DNA of 64,000 bases from an uncultured Chloroflexia bacterium (GTDB lineage Bacteria > Chloroflexota > Anaerolineae > Anaerolineales > Villigracilaceae): contig CAVTZR010000005.1 in assembly GCA_963739265.1 (NCBI GenBank), forward strand, positions 507,588 through 571,587. The letters run 5' to 3'. The position numbers and the translations under genes were made by a program. Positions 20,484-30,240 of this stretch are shown here, piece after piece. The notes below the pieces were generated by a model. That model was given only the letters and a program-made list of their open reading frames with translations, ran no database searches and was not told the DNA's origin. Every line of letters begins with the position of its first letter. Position 1 is the stretch's first letter.

Positions 20484-22163
20484 ATGCGCAAGCCTCGATT
20501 CGACAAGTACTATCGTTACCAGGAACTAACCCGCCTTCTCATGCAGTACGTCCGGGCCTACCCGCAGTTGCTGCGGCTGGAGAGCATCGGCAAGAGTCAC
20601 GAAGGCCGCGACGTGTGGCTGGTCACTGCCACGAACTTCAAAACCGGACCCGATGCCGAGAAGCCTGCCCTGTGGGTGGATGGCAATCTCCATGCCTCCG
20701 AGGTGGCTGCCTCGGCCGCCGCCCTCTATCACATCCATACTCTCGTCAGCAAGTACGGGGTGGACAAGCAGGTCACGCTGGCATTGGACACGCGCGCATT
20801 CTATATCGTCCCGCGCGTCAACCCCGATGGCGCCGAGTTGGCCCTGGCCGACCGGCCGAAGATAATCCGTTCGAGCACGCGGCCCTATCCGTACGATGAG
20901 GATCCGGTCGATGGCCTGATCGAGGAAGACATCGATGGCGACGGACGCATCCTCATGATGCGTATCCCCGATCCGAACGGAACCTGGAAACGGCATCCGA
21001 AGGAACCACGGTTGCTGATCCGCCGCGATCCGACCGAGACCGGCGGCAGGTACTACCGTGTACTGCCGGAGGGCCGGCTTCGGAACTACGACGGCGTCGA
21101 GATCAAGATCCGGGAGCACAAGGAAGGCCTGGACCTGAATCGCAACTTCCCGATCGCGTGGCGCACAGAGGCGGAGCAGCCCGGCGCCGGTCCCTATCCG
21201 GTCAGCGAACCCGAGGCCCGCAACTTGGTTGACTTCATTGTCCGGCACCCCAACATCACCGGCGTGGTCACCTTCCACACGTTCAGCGCGGTGCTCCTGC
21301 GGCCCTATGACGATCGTCCGGACGAATCCTTCCCTGCCGACGACTTGTGGACCTACCAGAAGATAGGCGAGCACGGCACCAAGCTGACCGGCTACGCCAA
21401 TGTCTCGGTCTTTACTGACTTCCGCTATCATCCCAAGACTGTGACGACGGGCGCCTTTGACACCTGGATGTACGACCATCTTGGAGTCTTTGCCTGGACC
21501 GTGGAACTATGGAGCCCCCTAAAGCAGGCAGGACTGAAAGGCTACAAGTACATGGATTGGTTCCGCGAGCATCCGGTCGCGGATGACCTCAAGCTGCTTC
21601 GCTGGAGCGACACCAAGCTCGCCAGGCGCAGCTACGTGGCCTGGTATCGATTCAACCATCCACAACTGGGCCAGGTAGAGCTCGGTGGCTGGGACTGGCT
21701 GCACACCTGGACCAATCCGCCCGGAAATTTGCTCGAGCGCGAAATCCGGCCGTTTCCGTCCTGGCTGGTCTGGCACGCCTTGATCTCACCCCGGCTGGAG
21801 CTGCGCCAGGCCGAGGCGATTCCCCTCGGTCGGGATACGTACCGCGTTCGGCTCGTTGTCGAGAACACTGGCTGGCTGCCCACCTACGTCACGAAGAAGG
21901 CGCTCGAGCGCAAATTGCGTGGTGTGGTCTGCGAGATCGAGCTGCCCGAAGGTGCCCGGCTAGAGACCGGCAAGCCACGCGAGGAGGGCGGTCAGCTCGA
22001 GGGCCGTGCCTACAAGGAAGCCATGCTGAATCCCGGGCTCGAGGGCACGCAGGAACGCCTCAAGGTGGAGTGGGTGGTCCACGCACCGCGCCGCGGAAAA
22101 GTGAAGCTGCTCGCGCGTCACGAGCGCGCCGGTACGGTGAGGACTACACTCGACCTGAAATAA
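20484..22163 (+). CDS. M14 family zinc carboxypeptidase
   Basis: YHRYQELTRLL..ESIGKSHEGRDVW..VDGNLHASE contains the HxxE zinc ligands, and later motifs are typical of M14. Confidence 0.8.
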   Translation: MRKPRFDKYYRYQELTRLLMQYVRAYPQLLRLESIGKSHEGRDVWLVTATNFKTGPDAEKPALWVDGNLHASEVAASAAALYHIHTLVSKYGVDKQVTLALDTRAFYIVPRVNPDGAELALADRPKIIRSSTRPYPYDEDPVDGLIEEDIDGDGRILMMRIPDPNGTWKRHPKEPRLLIRRDPTETGGRYYRVLPEGRLRNYDGVEIKIREHKEGLDLNRNFPIAWRTEAEQPGAGPYPVSEPEARNLVDFIVRHPNITGVVTFHTFSAVLLRPYDDRPDESFPADDLWTYQKIGEHGTKLTGYANVSVFTDFRYHPKTVTTGAFDTWMYDHLGVFAWTVELWSPLKQAGLKGYKYMDWFREHPVADDLKLLRWSDTKLARRSYVAWYRFNHPQLGQVELGGWDWLHTWTNPPGNLLEREIRPFPSWLVWHALISPRLELRQAEAIPLGRDTYRVRLVVENTGWLPTYVTKKALERKLRGVVCEIELPEGARLETGKPREEGGQLEGRAYKEAMLNPGLEGTQERLKVEWVVHAPRRGKVKLLARHERAGTVRTTLDLK

Positions 22164-22376
22164 CACCAGCCGGACACGCCGCCGATTCGCCCCGGCGCGC
22201 GTTTCGACTATAATATTCGTCGATCCCGTTGCCCGGTCGAGCAAGATCTTATTCGTGGACGGCCGTTCTTGCGCTCCGTATCCGAGCCGCAATCCTCAAG
22301 CCGGCGCACGTCGCGCCGTTTCGTACTCTGCCCGGTGGATCGGTGGGGCTTCAAATCCTGAACCGGAGTCGACTGA

Positions 22377-23165
22377 TTGCCTGCCAAGAAGCCATCCATG
22401 CCTCCTGCTACACCCCTTCAGCCCAAGCTCAGGGCGTTGATTATCGGCGCCTCGAGCGGAATGGGCGCCGCGTTGGCACGCCGCCTTGGTCGCGAAGGCT
22501 ACAGCCTCGCATTGGTGGCCCGCCGTCAGAGCCTGTTGAGCGCGTTGTGCGCCGAGATCGATCGGGCCGCCGGCGAGAAGCGTACCCTCGCCTACGTCCA
22601 CGATGTCCGCAAATATGAGACGGTCCCCGCCCTTCTGCGCCGGATCGTCGCCGATCTCGGCGGCTTGGACCTCGTCGTATACGCCGCGGGCGCTAACTAT
22701 CCTCCCGGCCTGACCTCCTACAACTTCGAGCACGATCGGGAGATGCTGGAGGTCAATCTGATCGGCGCGTTCGCTTGGTTGAATCCAGTCGCGGCCATGT
22801 TCCGGTCCGCCAAGCGCGGGCAGATCGTGGGCATTTCGTCCGTCGCCGGCGATCGCGGCCGCGTGGGCAACCCCGGCTACAACACCTCCAAGGCGGGGCT
22901 CACCACCTACCTGGAGGCCTTGCGCAACCGGCTCACCCGCTACGGGGTCAATGTCCTCACTGTAAAACCGGGTTTCGTCCAGACCGAGATGCTCAAGGCA
23001 GCCCAGAAGGTGATGTTTCCGATCACGGCCGAGAAGGCCGCAGACGACATCTACAGCGCGATCCGTCATCGCAGACAGCAGATCTACACCCCCTGGTTCT
23101 GGACCTGGATCATGCTGGTTGTGCGGAATATCCCGTCGATCATCTTTCGGCGCATGTCGTTCTAG
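22377..23165 (+). CDS. SDR family oxidoreductase (DprE2-like by context)
   Basis: IIGASSGMGAALARRL is a TGxxxGxG-type motif and ..YNTSKAG.. is the YxxxK motif. The start is TTG 22377, or alternatively ATG 22398. Confidence 0.8.
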   Translation: MPAKKPSMPPATPLQPKLRALIIGASSGMGAALARRLGREGYSLALVARRQSLLSALCAEIDRAAGEKRTLAYVHDVRKYETVPALLRRIVADLGGLDLVVYAAGANYPPGLTSYNFEHDREMLEVNLIGAFAWLNPVAAMFRSAKRGQIVGISSVAGDRGRVGNPGYNTSKAGLTTYLEALRNRLTRYGVNVLTVKPGFVQTEMLKAAQKVMFPITAEKAADDIYSAIRHRRQQIYTPWFWTWIMLVVRNIPSIIFRRMSF

Positions 23166-23246
23166 TTCGCGGCGCGAGGCCCCAGGGCATGCCCGCCGCC
23201 TCGCCGCTGATACTCTGCAGCAACCGCTTTCATCAAGGATAGCCCA

Positions 23247-24656
23247 GTGACCATACCTGAACTCGAGCAGCACTTCGTTTCTCTCGAAAATTTCGGCCAT
23301 TCCCTGCGCGCACCGGCCTACCTCCTCAAGCCCGCCGGCGCCGAGGATATTTCGGAGGCGTTCCAGGCCGCCCTCCGCACGGGACTAAGCCTCAACGCCC
23401 GCGGCGCCGGTCGCAGCTACAACGACGCCGCCCTCAATGGCGGCGGCATCGTCATCGAACTGTGTGCAATGAACCGCATCCTCAAATGGAACGCGGAGAC
23501 TGGCGTTGTCGTTGCGGAACCAGGGGTCACGCTTCAGCAGCTCTGGCAGCAGGTCGAACCCGATGGCTGGTGGCCTCCCGTCGTATCCGGCACTATGTTC
23601 ACGACCCTGGGCGGCTGCCTGGCCGCCAACGTCCACGGCAAGAACAACTTCAAGGTGGGACCGATCGGCGAGCATGTCGTTCAATTCACTGCCATCCTGC
23701 CGACCGGGGCCGAGGTCACCTGCTCGCCGCGCAAGAATGCCGACCTGTTCTATGCGATGATCGGTGGCTTCGGGATGCTCGGCATCTTCATCTCGATCAC
23801 GCTGCAGATGAAGCGGGTGTACTCGGGTCTGCTGGAGGTCTCGGCCCGGCCCTCTCACAACCTACACGAGCACCTGGTGGATCTGCTCGAGAACGCCCCA
23901 GACTACGATTACATTGTTGGGTGGCTGGACGCAACCGTGGGCGGCCGCGCCCTGGGCCGCGGGCAGGTCCACGCCGCCAACTACCTGCGCGAGGGCGAAG
24001 ATCGCAACCCTGCCAAAACCATGCGCCTGAAGAACCAGGTGCTGCCGCCCCGCATCTTTGGCGTATTCCCCAAGTCGATTGTGCACTTCTTCATGACGCC
24101 CTTCATGACCGACCTCGGAACGTCGCTGATCAATACCGGGAAGTACCTGACCAGTCTGCCTCGCCACACTTTCAGGGAGTCGCACGCGGCCTTCCACTTC
24201 CTGCTGGACTATATCCCGAACTGGGAGATGGCCTACGGCCGCGACGGACTGATCGAGTACCAGTCCTTCCTGCCCAAGGAAACAGCCGAGACCGCCTGGA
24301 GGGAGATGCTTACTCTCTCGCACCGCCGCGGACTCCCTTCGTACCTCGGCGTGACCAAGCGCCATCGTCCCGACAAGTTCCTGCTGAGCCACGCAGTGGA
24401 TGGATTCTCGGCAGCCATGGACTTCAAGGTCACCAGCCGCAACCGCCGCGAGCTCAGCCGCATGCTGCAGGACTTCGATCGGGTCGTGGTCGAGGCTGGC
24501 GGGCGCTTCTACTTCGCCAAGAACAGCGAGACCCGGCCCGAGACCGCCGCCCGCTTCCTCGGCCCCAAGGCGATCGCCGAGTTCAAACGCCTCAAGAAGC
24601 GCTGTGACCCGAACGGGCTCCTGGCATCGGATCTTTATAGGCGTGTGTTCGCGTAG
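23247..24656 (+). CDS. FAD-binding (FAD_binding_4) oxidoreductase, DprE1-like
   Basis: ARGAGRSYNDAALNGGGIVI.., ..PGVTLQQL.., ..TLGGCLAANVHGKNNF.. and ..LFYAMIGGFGMLGI.. parallel the DprE1 family pattern. The GTG start follows AAGGA. Confidence 0.75.
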   Translation: MTIPELEQHFVSLENFGHSLRAPAYLLKPAGAEDISEAFQAALRTGLSLNARGAGRSYNDAALNGGGIVIELCAMNRILKWNAETGVVVAEPGVTLQQLWQQVEPDGWWPPVVSGTMFTTLGGCLAANVHGKNNFKVGPIGEHVVQFTAILPTGAEVTCSPRKNADLFYAMIGGFGMLGIFISITLQMKRVYSGLLEVSARPSHNLHEHLVDLLENAPDYDYIVGWLDATVGGRALGRGQVHAANYLREGEDRNPAKTMRLKNQVLPPRIFGVFPKSIVHFFMTPFMTDLGTSLINTGKYLTSLPRHTFRESHAAFHFLLDYIPNWEMAYGRDGLIEYQSFLPKETAETAWREMLTLSHRRGLPSYLGVTKRHRPDKFLLSHAVDGFSAAMDFKVTSRNRRELSRMLQDFDRVVVEAGGRFYFAKNSETRPETAARFLGPKAIAEFKRLKKRCDPNGLLASDLYRRVFA

Positions 24657-24671
24657 CTCGGAAGGCAGGCC

Positions 24672-26075
24672 ATGCAGCACTTTGACTTGGTGGTTATTGG
24701 CTCGGGACCGGCAGGTGAAAAGGGGGCGGAACAGGCAGCACAATTCGGAAAAGAAGTTGCCCTGATCGAGCGGGCTGAGCACCTGGGGGGCGCCGGCATC
24801 AACACGGGCACGGTGCCGTCCAAGACCCTGCGCGAGACGGCGCTCTATTTTTCCGGCCTTCACCAGCGCGGCCTCTACGGCATCGACTATTCGCTGCGCG
24901 AAGGCCTGTCCATCCGGGAGTTCATGCACCGCGAACACATCGTGGTGGGCAACGAGCGCCGGTTGGTGACGCGCAACGTCGATCGCTACAAGATCACGCG
25001 GATCCACGGCCCGGCTTCATTCAAGGACGCTCACACGCTGCATGTCGATGGGGCCAACGGTGGGCGTGACCTCAGCGGGGACATCATCCTGGTCGCCACG
25101 GGCTCGGCGCCATATCACCCGCCCGACATCCCCTTTGACCACACACTGGTCTGCGATTCCGACAGCCTGCTTGAAATCAAACGCATCCCCAGGAAGATGG
25201 GCGTCATGGGCGGCGGCGTGGTCGGCGTCGAGTATGCCTCCATCTTCGCCGCGTTGGGCGTGCAGGTCACCCTGATCGAAGCCCGCGAGCGCATCCTCCC
25301 GTTCGTCAACTCTGAGATCATCCATCGCCTGATGGACAGGCTCCAGGGCCTGGGTGTCACGTTCCTGCTCAACACTCACATCGCCAGCGTAAAGGCCGGC
25401 GCCAGTGAAGTCACCCTCACGCTGGCGGATGGGGGTTCCCGCCTGTTCGATATGGTTCTCATTGCGGCCGGCCGTCGGAGCATTGTCGAGGGCCTCGGCC
25501 TCGAGCAGGTCAGCGTAAAACTCGGCGAGCGCGGCCTGGTGCTGGTCAACGAGCACTTCCAGACCAGTGTGCCCCACATCTACGCCGCCGGCGATGTGAT
25601 CGGCTTCCCGGCCCTGGCCTCGACCTCCATGGAACAGGCCCGGGTGGCGATGACGCATGCCCTCGGCGAAGGGTACGAGCAGCGCGTCTCTCCCGTCCTG
25701 CCGCTGGCGGTCTATGCCATCCCGGAGATCTCGATGGTCGGCCTGACCGAGGACGAGTGCAAGGCGAAGAACGTGCCGTACCTGGTCGGCCGCGGCTCCT
25801 ACGAGGACAATGCCCGGGGCCAGATCATCGGTGATATGAGCGGGATGATCAAGCTGATCTTTTCACCCCCGGACAAGAAGCTGCTCGGAGCGCACCTCAT
25901 CGGTGAGCAGGCCTCCGAGCTGGTCCACCTTGCGGCTCACGTCATCACCGAGGCCGGCACGCTGGACGAGTTCATCCATGCCGTCTACAACTATCCGACC
26001 CTTGCCGAGTTGTACAAGTCGGCTGCTTACGACGAACTCGACCAGCTCGAGAAGTGGAACGCGGCCCGGAAGTGA
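24672..26075 (+). CDS. sthA: Soluble pyridine nucleotide transhydrogenase-like flavoprotein
   Basis: It has a GSGPAG FAD motif. The region GGAGINTGTVPSK lacks the CxxxxC redox disulfide of LpdA-type enzymes, as in SthA. A C-terminal dimerisation domain is present. Confidence 0.7.
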   Translation: MQHFDLVVIGSGPAGEKGAEQAAQFGKEVALIERAEHLGGAGINTGTVPSKTLRETALYFSGLHQRGLYGIDYSLREGLSIREFMHREHIVVGNERRLVTRNVDRYKITRIHGPASFKDAHTLHVDGANGGRDLSGDIILVATGSAPYHPPDIPFDHTLVCDSDSLLEIKRIPRKMGVMGGGVVGVEYASIFAALGVQVTLIEARERILPFVNSEIIHRLMDRLQGLGVTFLLNTHIASVKAGASEVTLTLADGGSRLFDMVLIAAGRRSIVEGLGLEQVSVKLGERGLVLVNEHFQTSVPHIYAAGDVIGFPALASTSMEQARVAMTHALGEGYEQRVSPVLPLAVYAIPEISMVGLTEDECKAKNVPYLVGRGSYEDNARGQIIGDMSGMIKLIFSPPDKKLLGAHLIGEQASELVHLAAHVITEAGTLDEFIHAVYNYPTLAELYKSAAYDELDQLEKWNAARK

Positions 26076-26084
26076 TCTGCCGCG

Positions 26085-26849
26085 ATGCGTTGTGAGCTGC
26101 ACGACCTCGGGCTGATCGACTACGAAGCGGCTTGGCGCTTGCAGGAACAATATGCTGAGGACATCGCTGCGGGCCGGCGGCCCCCAACCCTACTTCTCCT
26201 GGAACACCCTCACGTCTACACCTTCGGCCGCAAGGGTCACGCCGAGAACCTGCTGTGGGGGGAAGAGCAGCTGAAGCAGCGCGGCGTCAGTGTCTTGTGG
26301 GTGGACCGCGGCGGCGATGTGACCTATCACGGCCCCGGCCAACTGGTGGGCTATCCCCTCATCCCCCTGGGCAAGATCAGCGACGTGAAGGTCGAGCCGG
26401 CCTTAACGGACGCCTCCTCGCCTGGTTTCCCCTTGACCCGAATCCCCCAAGTTGACTATGTGGAGTATTTGCGCAAGCTCGAGCGGGTGCTGATCGTTGC
26501 CCTCGCCCGCCTCGGGCTGGCCGCGGGCCAGCAGCCGGGCCTCACCGGCGTTTGGGTGCAGGCCGATGTGTACTCTCGCTGTCCGCGCTGCAGGCCCGAG
26601 GATCGCCAGAAGCCCGCCAAGATCGCGGCCATCGGCGTCAAAGTGGACGCGCGCGGAATCTCGCGGCACGGCTTTGCACTGAATGTCGATCCCGATATGA
26701 CCTATTGGGACGGCATCATTGCCTGCGGCCTGGCGGATTACCCTGTCGTCAGTCTCGCCGACCCGCTCTCGCCGGTTCCCGATATGTCCCGGGTCAAGCG
26801 CGAGGTGGCTGGCGCGTTTGGAGAGGTCTTCGAGTGTGAGGTCTCCTAG
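26085..26849 (+). CDS. lipB: Lipoyl(octanoyl) transferase
   Basis: LLEHPHVYTFGR, RGGDVTYHGPGQLVGYP, KIAAIGVKV (catalytic Lys) and IIACGL (catalytic Cys) are present. Two insertions are visible relative to the classic LipB layout. Confidence 0.85.
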   Translation: MRCELHDLGLIDYEAAWRLQEQYAEDIAAGRRPPTLLLLEHPHVYTFGRKGHAENLLWGEEQLKQRGVSVLWVDRGGDVTYHGPGQLVGYPLIPLGKISDVKVEPALTDASSPGFPLTRIPQVDYVEYLRKLERVLIVALARLGLAAGQQPGLTGVWVQADVYSRCPRCRPEDRQKPAKIAAIGVKVDARGISRHGFALNVDPDMTYWDGIIACGLADYPVVSLADPLSPVPDMSRVKREVAGAFGEVFECEVS

Positions 26850-26904
26850 TCGGCTGCCGGCATCCTTGCCGCATGCCCGCGCGGTTCGTTTTTTCAGCAC
26901 TCAA

Positions 26905-26933
26905 TTGACTTTTTGACCTGAACCTTGTACACT
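26905..26933 (+). promoter_or_regulatory. Sigma-70-like promoter for the FHA gene
   Basis: TTGACT, a 17-nt spacer, then TACACT. GGAGGAG lies 6 nt before ATG 26971. Confidence 0.45.
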
Positions 26934-26970
26934 AGATGCTGGAATTCATCGTGTTTATGGAGGAGAAGAC

Positions 26971-27570
26971 ATGGCTGCACAGTTCCAGTTTGTAATGCGC
27001 TCCGGCCCGACGCCGGGCGCCACCTATTCGCTCGAAGGCGACCAGCTTGTCATCGGCCGCGACTCCTCAAACGGCATTGCCATCAATGACGCCGAAGTCT
27101 CCCGCAAGCATGCCCGGCTCAACTTCCAGGGCGGCAAGTACGTCATCGAGGACCTGGGCTCCACCAACGGGACCTTCGTCAACGGCCAGCGCTTGGCCAC
27201 TTCCGTAGTGCTGAAGTCGGGCGACGTGGTCTCACTGGGCGAGCAGATCGTCCTCCTGTATGAAGCCCTCTCGACGGATGCGGGCGCGACCATGATCTCG
27301 CGGAAGGCGCCCGCCCGGACGGCCGTAGGGGCGAAGCCGGTTTCGGCTCCCGCGCCCGCCCCGGCGCCTCAGCCGTATGCGGCACCCGCGGCACCTGCTG
27401 CCCCGGCCGCTCCGAGGGCTGGTAACAATATGCCCCTGTTCATCGCCGGAGGTGTTGTGGCTTTGATCTGCCTGTGCGTCGTCTTCTTCGTCGGCATCGA
27501 CCAGCTGAACCTGTGGTGCAAGTTCCCCATCAGCATTATCACGCCGATCTTCGGCGGCGTGTGCCCGTAA
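26971..27570 (+). CDS. FHA domain protein with a Pro/Ala linker and a C-terminal TM helix
   Basis: ..LVIGRDSSNGIAINDAEVSRKHARL..IEDLGSTNGTFVNG.. is the canonical FHA signature. Confidence 0.85.
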   Translation: MAAQFQFVMRSGPTPGATYSLEGDQLVIGRDSSNGIAINDAEVSRKHARLNFQGGKYVIEDLGSTNGTFVNGQRLATSVVLKSGDVVSLGEQIVLLYEALSTDAGATMISRKAPARTAVGAKPVSAPAPAPAPQPYAAPAAPAAPAAPRAGNNMPLFIAGGVVALICLCVVFFVGIDQLNLWCKFPISIITPIFGGVCP

Positions 27571-27590
27571 CCGGCCAAGGTCATACTTGA

Positions 27591-27625
27591 TGCCCCTGCA
27601 GCTTTGGCTGCAGGGGCATCTTCTT
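27591..27625 (+). terminator. Rho-independent terminator
   Basis: A 12-bp stem TGCCCCTGCAGC-TTTG-GCTGCAGGGGCA is followed by TCTTCTT. Confidence 0.75.
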
Positions 27626-27648
27626 AAGGGCCGCGGGCCTGTTGCCGG

Positions 27649-27677
27649 TTGTAAGTTTACTCTGCATTCGCTACAAT
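27649..27677 (+). promoter_or_regulatory. Sigma-70-like promoter for the AI-2E transporter gene
   Basis: TTGTAA, a 17-nt spacer, then TACAAT. The -10 element ends 24 nt before ATG 27701. Confidence 0.4.
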
Positions 27678-27700
27678 CAAGATAGCCTCGTGGAGCGCCT

Positions 27701-28903
27701 ATGAACCAGCGTCCAGCCAGCACCTCACCGCAGTGGGGACCCACCACCAAGCTGGTGGTTGCCCTGACCGTCGTCGCCATCGTCATCTGGCTCGTCATTC
27801 AGTTCCATACCATCATCGGGCCCCTACTGATGGCCTTTGTCGTTGCCTATCTCCTGCATCCGGTAGCTGGCCTGCTGCATAAAGGGCTTCATCTTTCGTG
27901 GGCCTTGGCAGTCAGCCTGCTGTACATCCTGATCCTGGTCATCATCCTTGGGGGCCTGACCCTCGGCGGACTCGGTCTGGTCGGGCAGATCCAGAGCTTG
28001 GTGACCGTCGTCCAAGCCAACCTAGCTTCGCTGCCCACGTTTGTCCAGGACCTATCAGGCCGGGTCTATCAGTTCGGTCCATTCCGCCTCGACTTTACAC
28101 GCCTTGACCTAAACGTATTGAGCAGCCAGCTGCTGGGCGTCGTTCAGCCGCTCCTGGGAAGCACCGGCACGTTATTGACCTCGATTGCCAGCAGCGCGGC
28201 CACTTTCCTCGGCTGGGCGCTCTTCATCTGGATCGTTTCTTACTTTGTGGTGCTGCAGGGGGGTGGGATTCGCAGCCGAATGCTTCAGCTGGATGTGCCC
28301 GGCTACTCGGATGACATCCGGCGCATGGGGACCGCGCTCGGTACAATCTGGAATGCGTTCCTCCGCGGCCAGATCATCATTTTCATTCTCGCCATCCTGG
28401 CATACACGATCGTGTTCAGCATTGTCGGCGTGCGCTACGCGCTGGGAATCGCCCTCATTGCGGGCATCTGCCGCTTTCTGCCTTATGTCGGCCCGTTCAT
28501 CACCTGGGGTACGCTGGCTCTCATCGCCTATTTCCAACCCGGCAACGTGCTGGGACTCGGCCCCACCACGTATGCCATCCTGTGCGTGGTCCTGGCCCTC
28601 GTGATCGATCAGACTTTTGACAATGTGATCTCACCGCGCATCATCGCCGGGGCGCTCAAGGTCCATCCGGCCGCGGTCCTGGTCGCGGCGATCATCGCTG
28701 CCAATCTCCTGGGGCTGCTGGGTGTCATCATTGCGGCTCCGATACTCGCCACGGTGGCTCTCTTCTGGCGCTACGTCATGCGCAAGATGCTTGACCTTGA
28801 TCCCTGGCCCGAGGAAGAGACTGTCCCACCCCCGCCGACCGGCTCGCAGTTCCTGACCCGAATCCGCCAGTTTCTGCATGACCGGCGCCCGCGTCCCAGT
28901 TGA
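27701..28903 (+). CDS. AI-2E family transporter (PerM/UPF0118)
   Basis: It has about 8 TM helices, and its length and layout are typical of the family, with ..R.LPYVGP.I.. . Confidence 0.75.
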   Translation: MNQRPASTSPQWGPTTKLVVALTVVAIVIWLVIQFHTIIGPLLMAFVVAYLLHPVAGLLHKGLHLSWALAVSLLYILILVIILGGLTLGGLGLVGQIQSLVTVVQANLASLPTFVQDLSGRVYQFGPFRLDFTRLDLNVLSSQLLGVVQPLLGSTGTLLTSIASSAATFLGWALFIWIVSYFVVLQGGGIRSRMLQLDVPGYSDDIRRMGTALGTIWNAFLRGQIIIFILAILAYTIVFSIVGVRYALGIALIAGICRFLPYVGPFITWGTLALIAYFQPGNVLGLGPTTYAILCVVLALVIDQTFDNVISPRIIAGALKVHPAAVLVAAIIAANLLGLLGVIIAAPILATVALFWRYVMRKMLDLDPWPEEETVPPPPTGSQFLTRIRQFLHDRRPRPS

Positions 28904-28956
28904 ACGGATCTCGACCCCGGCGCGGCCTGTTCGACAATTCCTGAAAGGAGAATGCG

Positions 28957-29139
28957 ATGCCCAATCATCGAAGTGAGCCTGATACCGAGACGATCGCCGA
29001 GACCGAAAACTATGTGGCCTGGAAGGCGGAAGAGCCGGACGGCGAAACCACCTATCACGTCGAGCTCAACAACATCACTGTCCACTTCTTCCAGGAGGAA
29101 TGGGACGAGTTTCTGGAGCTGGCCCGGATCCTCAAGTAG
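28957..29139 (+). CDS. 60-aa acidic hypothetical protein
   Basis: AAAGGAG lies upstream of the ATG. The stop abuts the next gene's ATG (TAGATG). Confidence 0.4.
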   Translation: MPNHRSEPDTETIAETENYVAWKAEEPDGETTYHVELNNITVHFFQEEWDEFLELARILK

Positions 29140-30153
29140 ATGAGCGCCGGGCCCTCCGCGGCCTCCGCCGCGGGCTCCATCGTCGATGTGCCGGGGATTG
29201 AGGTTGGCCACGCGCAAAATGCGGCTGCGCTGACGGGTTGCACCGTCGTCCTGTGCCGCCGGGGCGCGGTTGCGGGCGTGGACGTGCGCGGCAGCGCCCC
29301 CGGAACCCGCGAGACCGATCTGCTCAACCCGATCAATCTCGTGCAGCGGGTCCACGCTGTGATGCTGGCCGGCGGCTCGGCCTTTGGCCTGGACGCGGCC
29401 AGCGGCGCGATGCGCTATCTGGACGAAAGGAAGATCGGATTCCGCGCCGGCACCGTTAAGGTACCCATCGTGCCCGCCGCGATACTCTTTGACTTGGGCC
29501 TTGGTGACAGGATGGTGCGTCCCAATGCCGACATGGGATACGCAGCCTGCGCGGCCGCCTCGCGGTCGCGTTTCCCGGAAGGGAACGTCGGCGCGGGGAC
29601 GGGCGCGTCGGTCGGGAAGCTCCTGGGCCTTGCCCTCTCCATGAAATCCGGCCTTGGGACGGCGAGCTTGAAGGTCGGCGGGATCGTCGTGGGCGCCCTC
29701 GTTGCGGTCAACTCGTTCGGCGACGTGATCGATCCGGCCGATGGCGCGATCGTGGCCGGTCTCCGTTCAGGGCGGGTCGGACCGTTGCGAGTGGGGGGAG
29801 GGGAGTACTTCGCTGATACCCTGGCAATGATGAAGACGGCATTGGGACGCGGCGTGCTCAGTCTGGCCGCTCGGACAAACACACTGATCGGCGTAGTCGC
29901 CACCAATGCCACGCTGACCAAGACCGAGGCGACCAAGGTCGCCCAGATGGCCCAGGATGGACTTGCCCGGGCCATCCGGCCAGCGCACACCATGCTGGAT
30001 GGCGACACCCTCTTCGCCCTCTCGACTGGACGCAAGAAAGCCGATATCAGCCTGATCGGCGCGTTCGCGGCGGAGGTCGTGACCCTTGCCATCCTGCGCG
30101 CAGTCAAGTCAGCCGCCTCGGCCGGGGGCCTGCCCGGTCTCTACCAGGCCTGA
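29140..30153 (+). CDS. P1/S58 family peptidase (DmpA-like)
   Basis: ..DVPGIEVGHA..TGCTVVL..GVDVRGSAPGTRETDLL.. and ..NTLIGVVATNA.. are present. Confidence 0.8.
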   Translation: MSAGPSAASAAGSIVDVPGIEVGHAQNAAALTGCTVVLCRRGAVAGVDVRGSAPGTRETDLLNPINLVQRVHAVMLAGGSAFGLDAASGAMRYLDERKIGFRAGTVKVPIVPAAILFDLGLGDRMVRPNADMGYAACAAASRSRFPEGNVGAGTGASVGKLLGLALSMKSGLGTASLKVGGIVVGALVAVNSFGDVIDPADGAIVAGLRSGRVGPLRVGGGEYFADTLAMMKTALGRGVLSLAARTNTLIGVVATNATLTKTEATKVAQMAQDGLARAIRPAHTMLDGDTLFALSTGRKKADISLIGAFAAEVVTLAILRAVKSAASAGGLPGLYQA

Positions 30154-30240
30154 TCTTGTACTTGGGTTCCGAATTAAAGATGGCTTGCCAATCTGAACTG
30201 CACCCACTAGACAAGACACAATCAGAAAGACCCCAAGTGG

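Noticed and set aside
22296-25007. Antisense ORFs of 334 aa (22296-23300) and 381 aa (23862-25007)
   Set aside because: For the same reason as above: they lie opposite the well-supported SDR, FAD-oxidoreductase and sthA genes.
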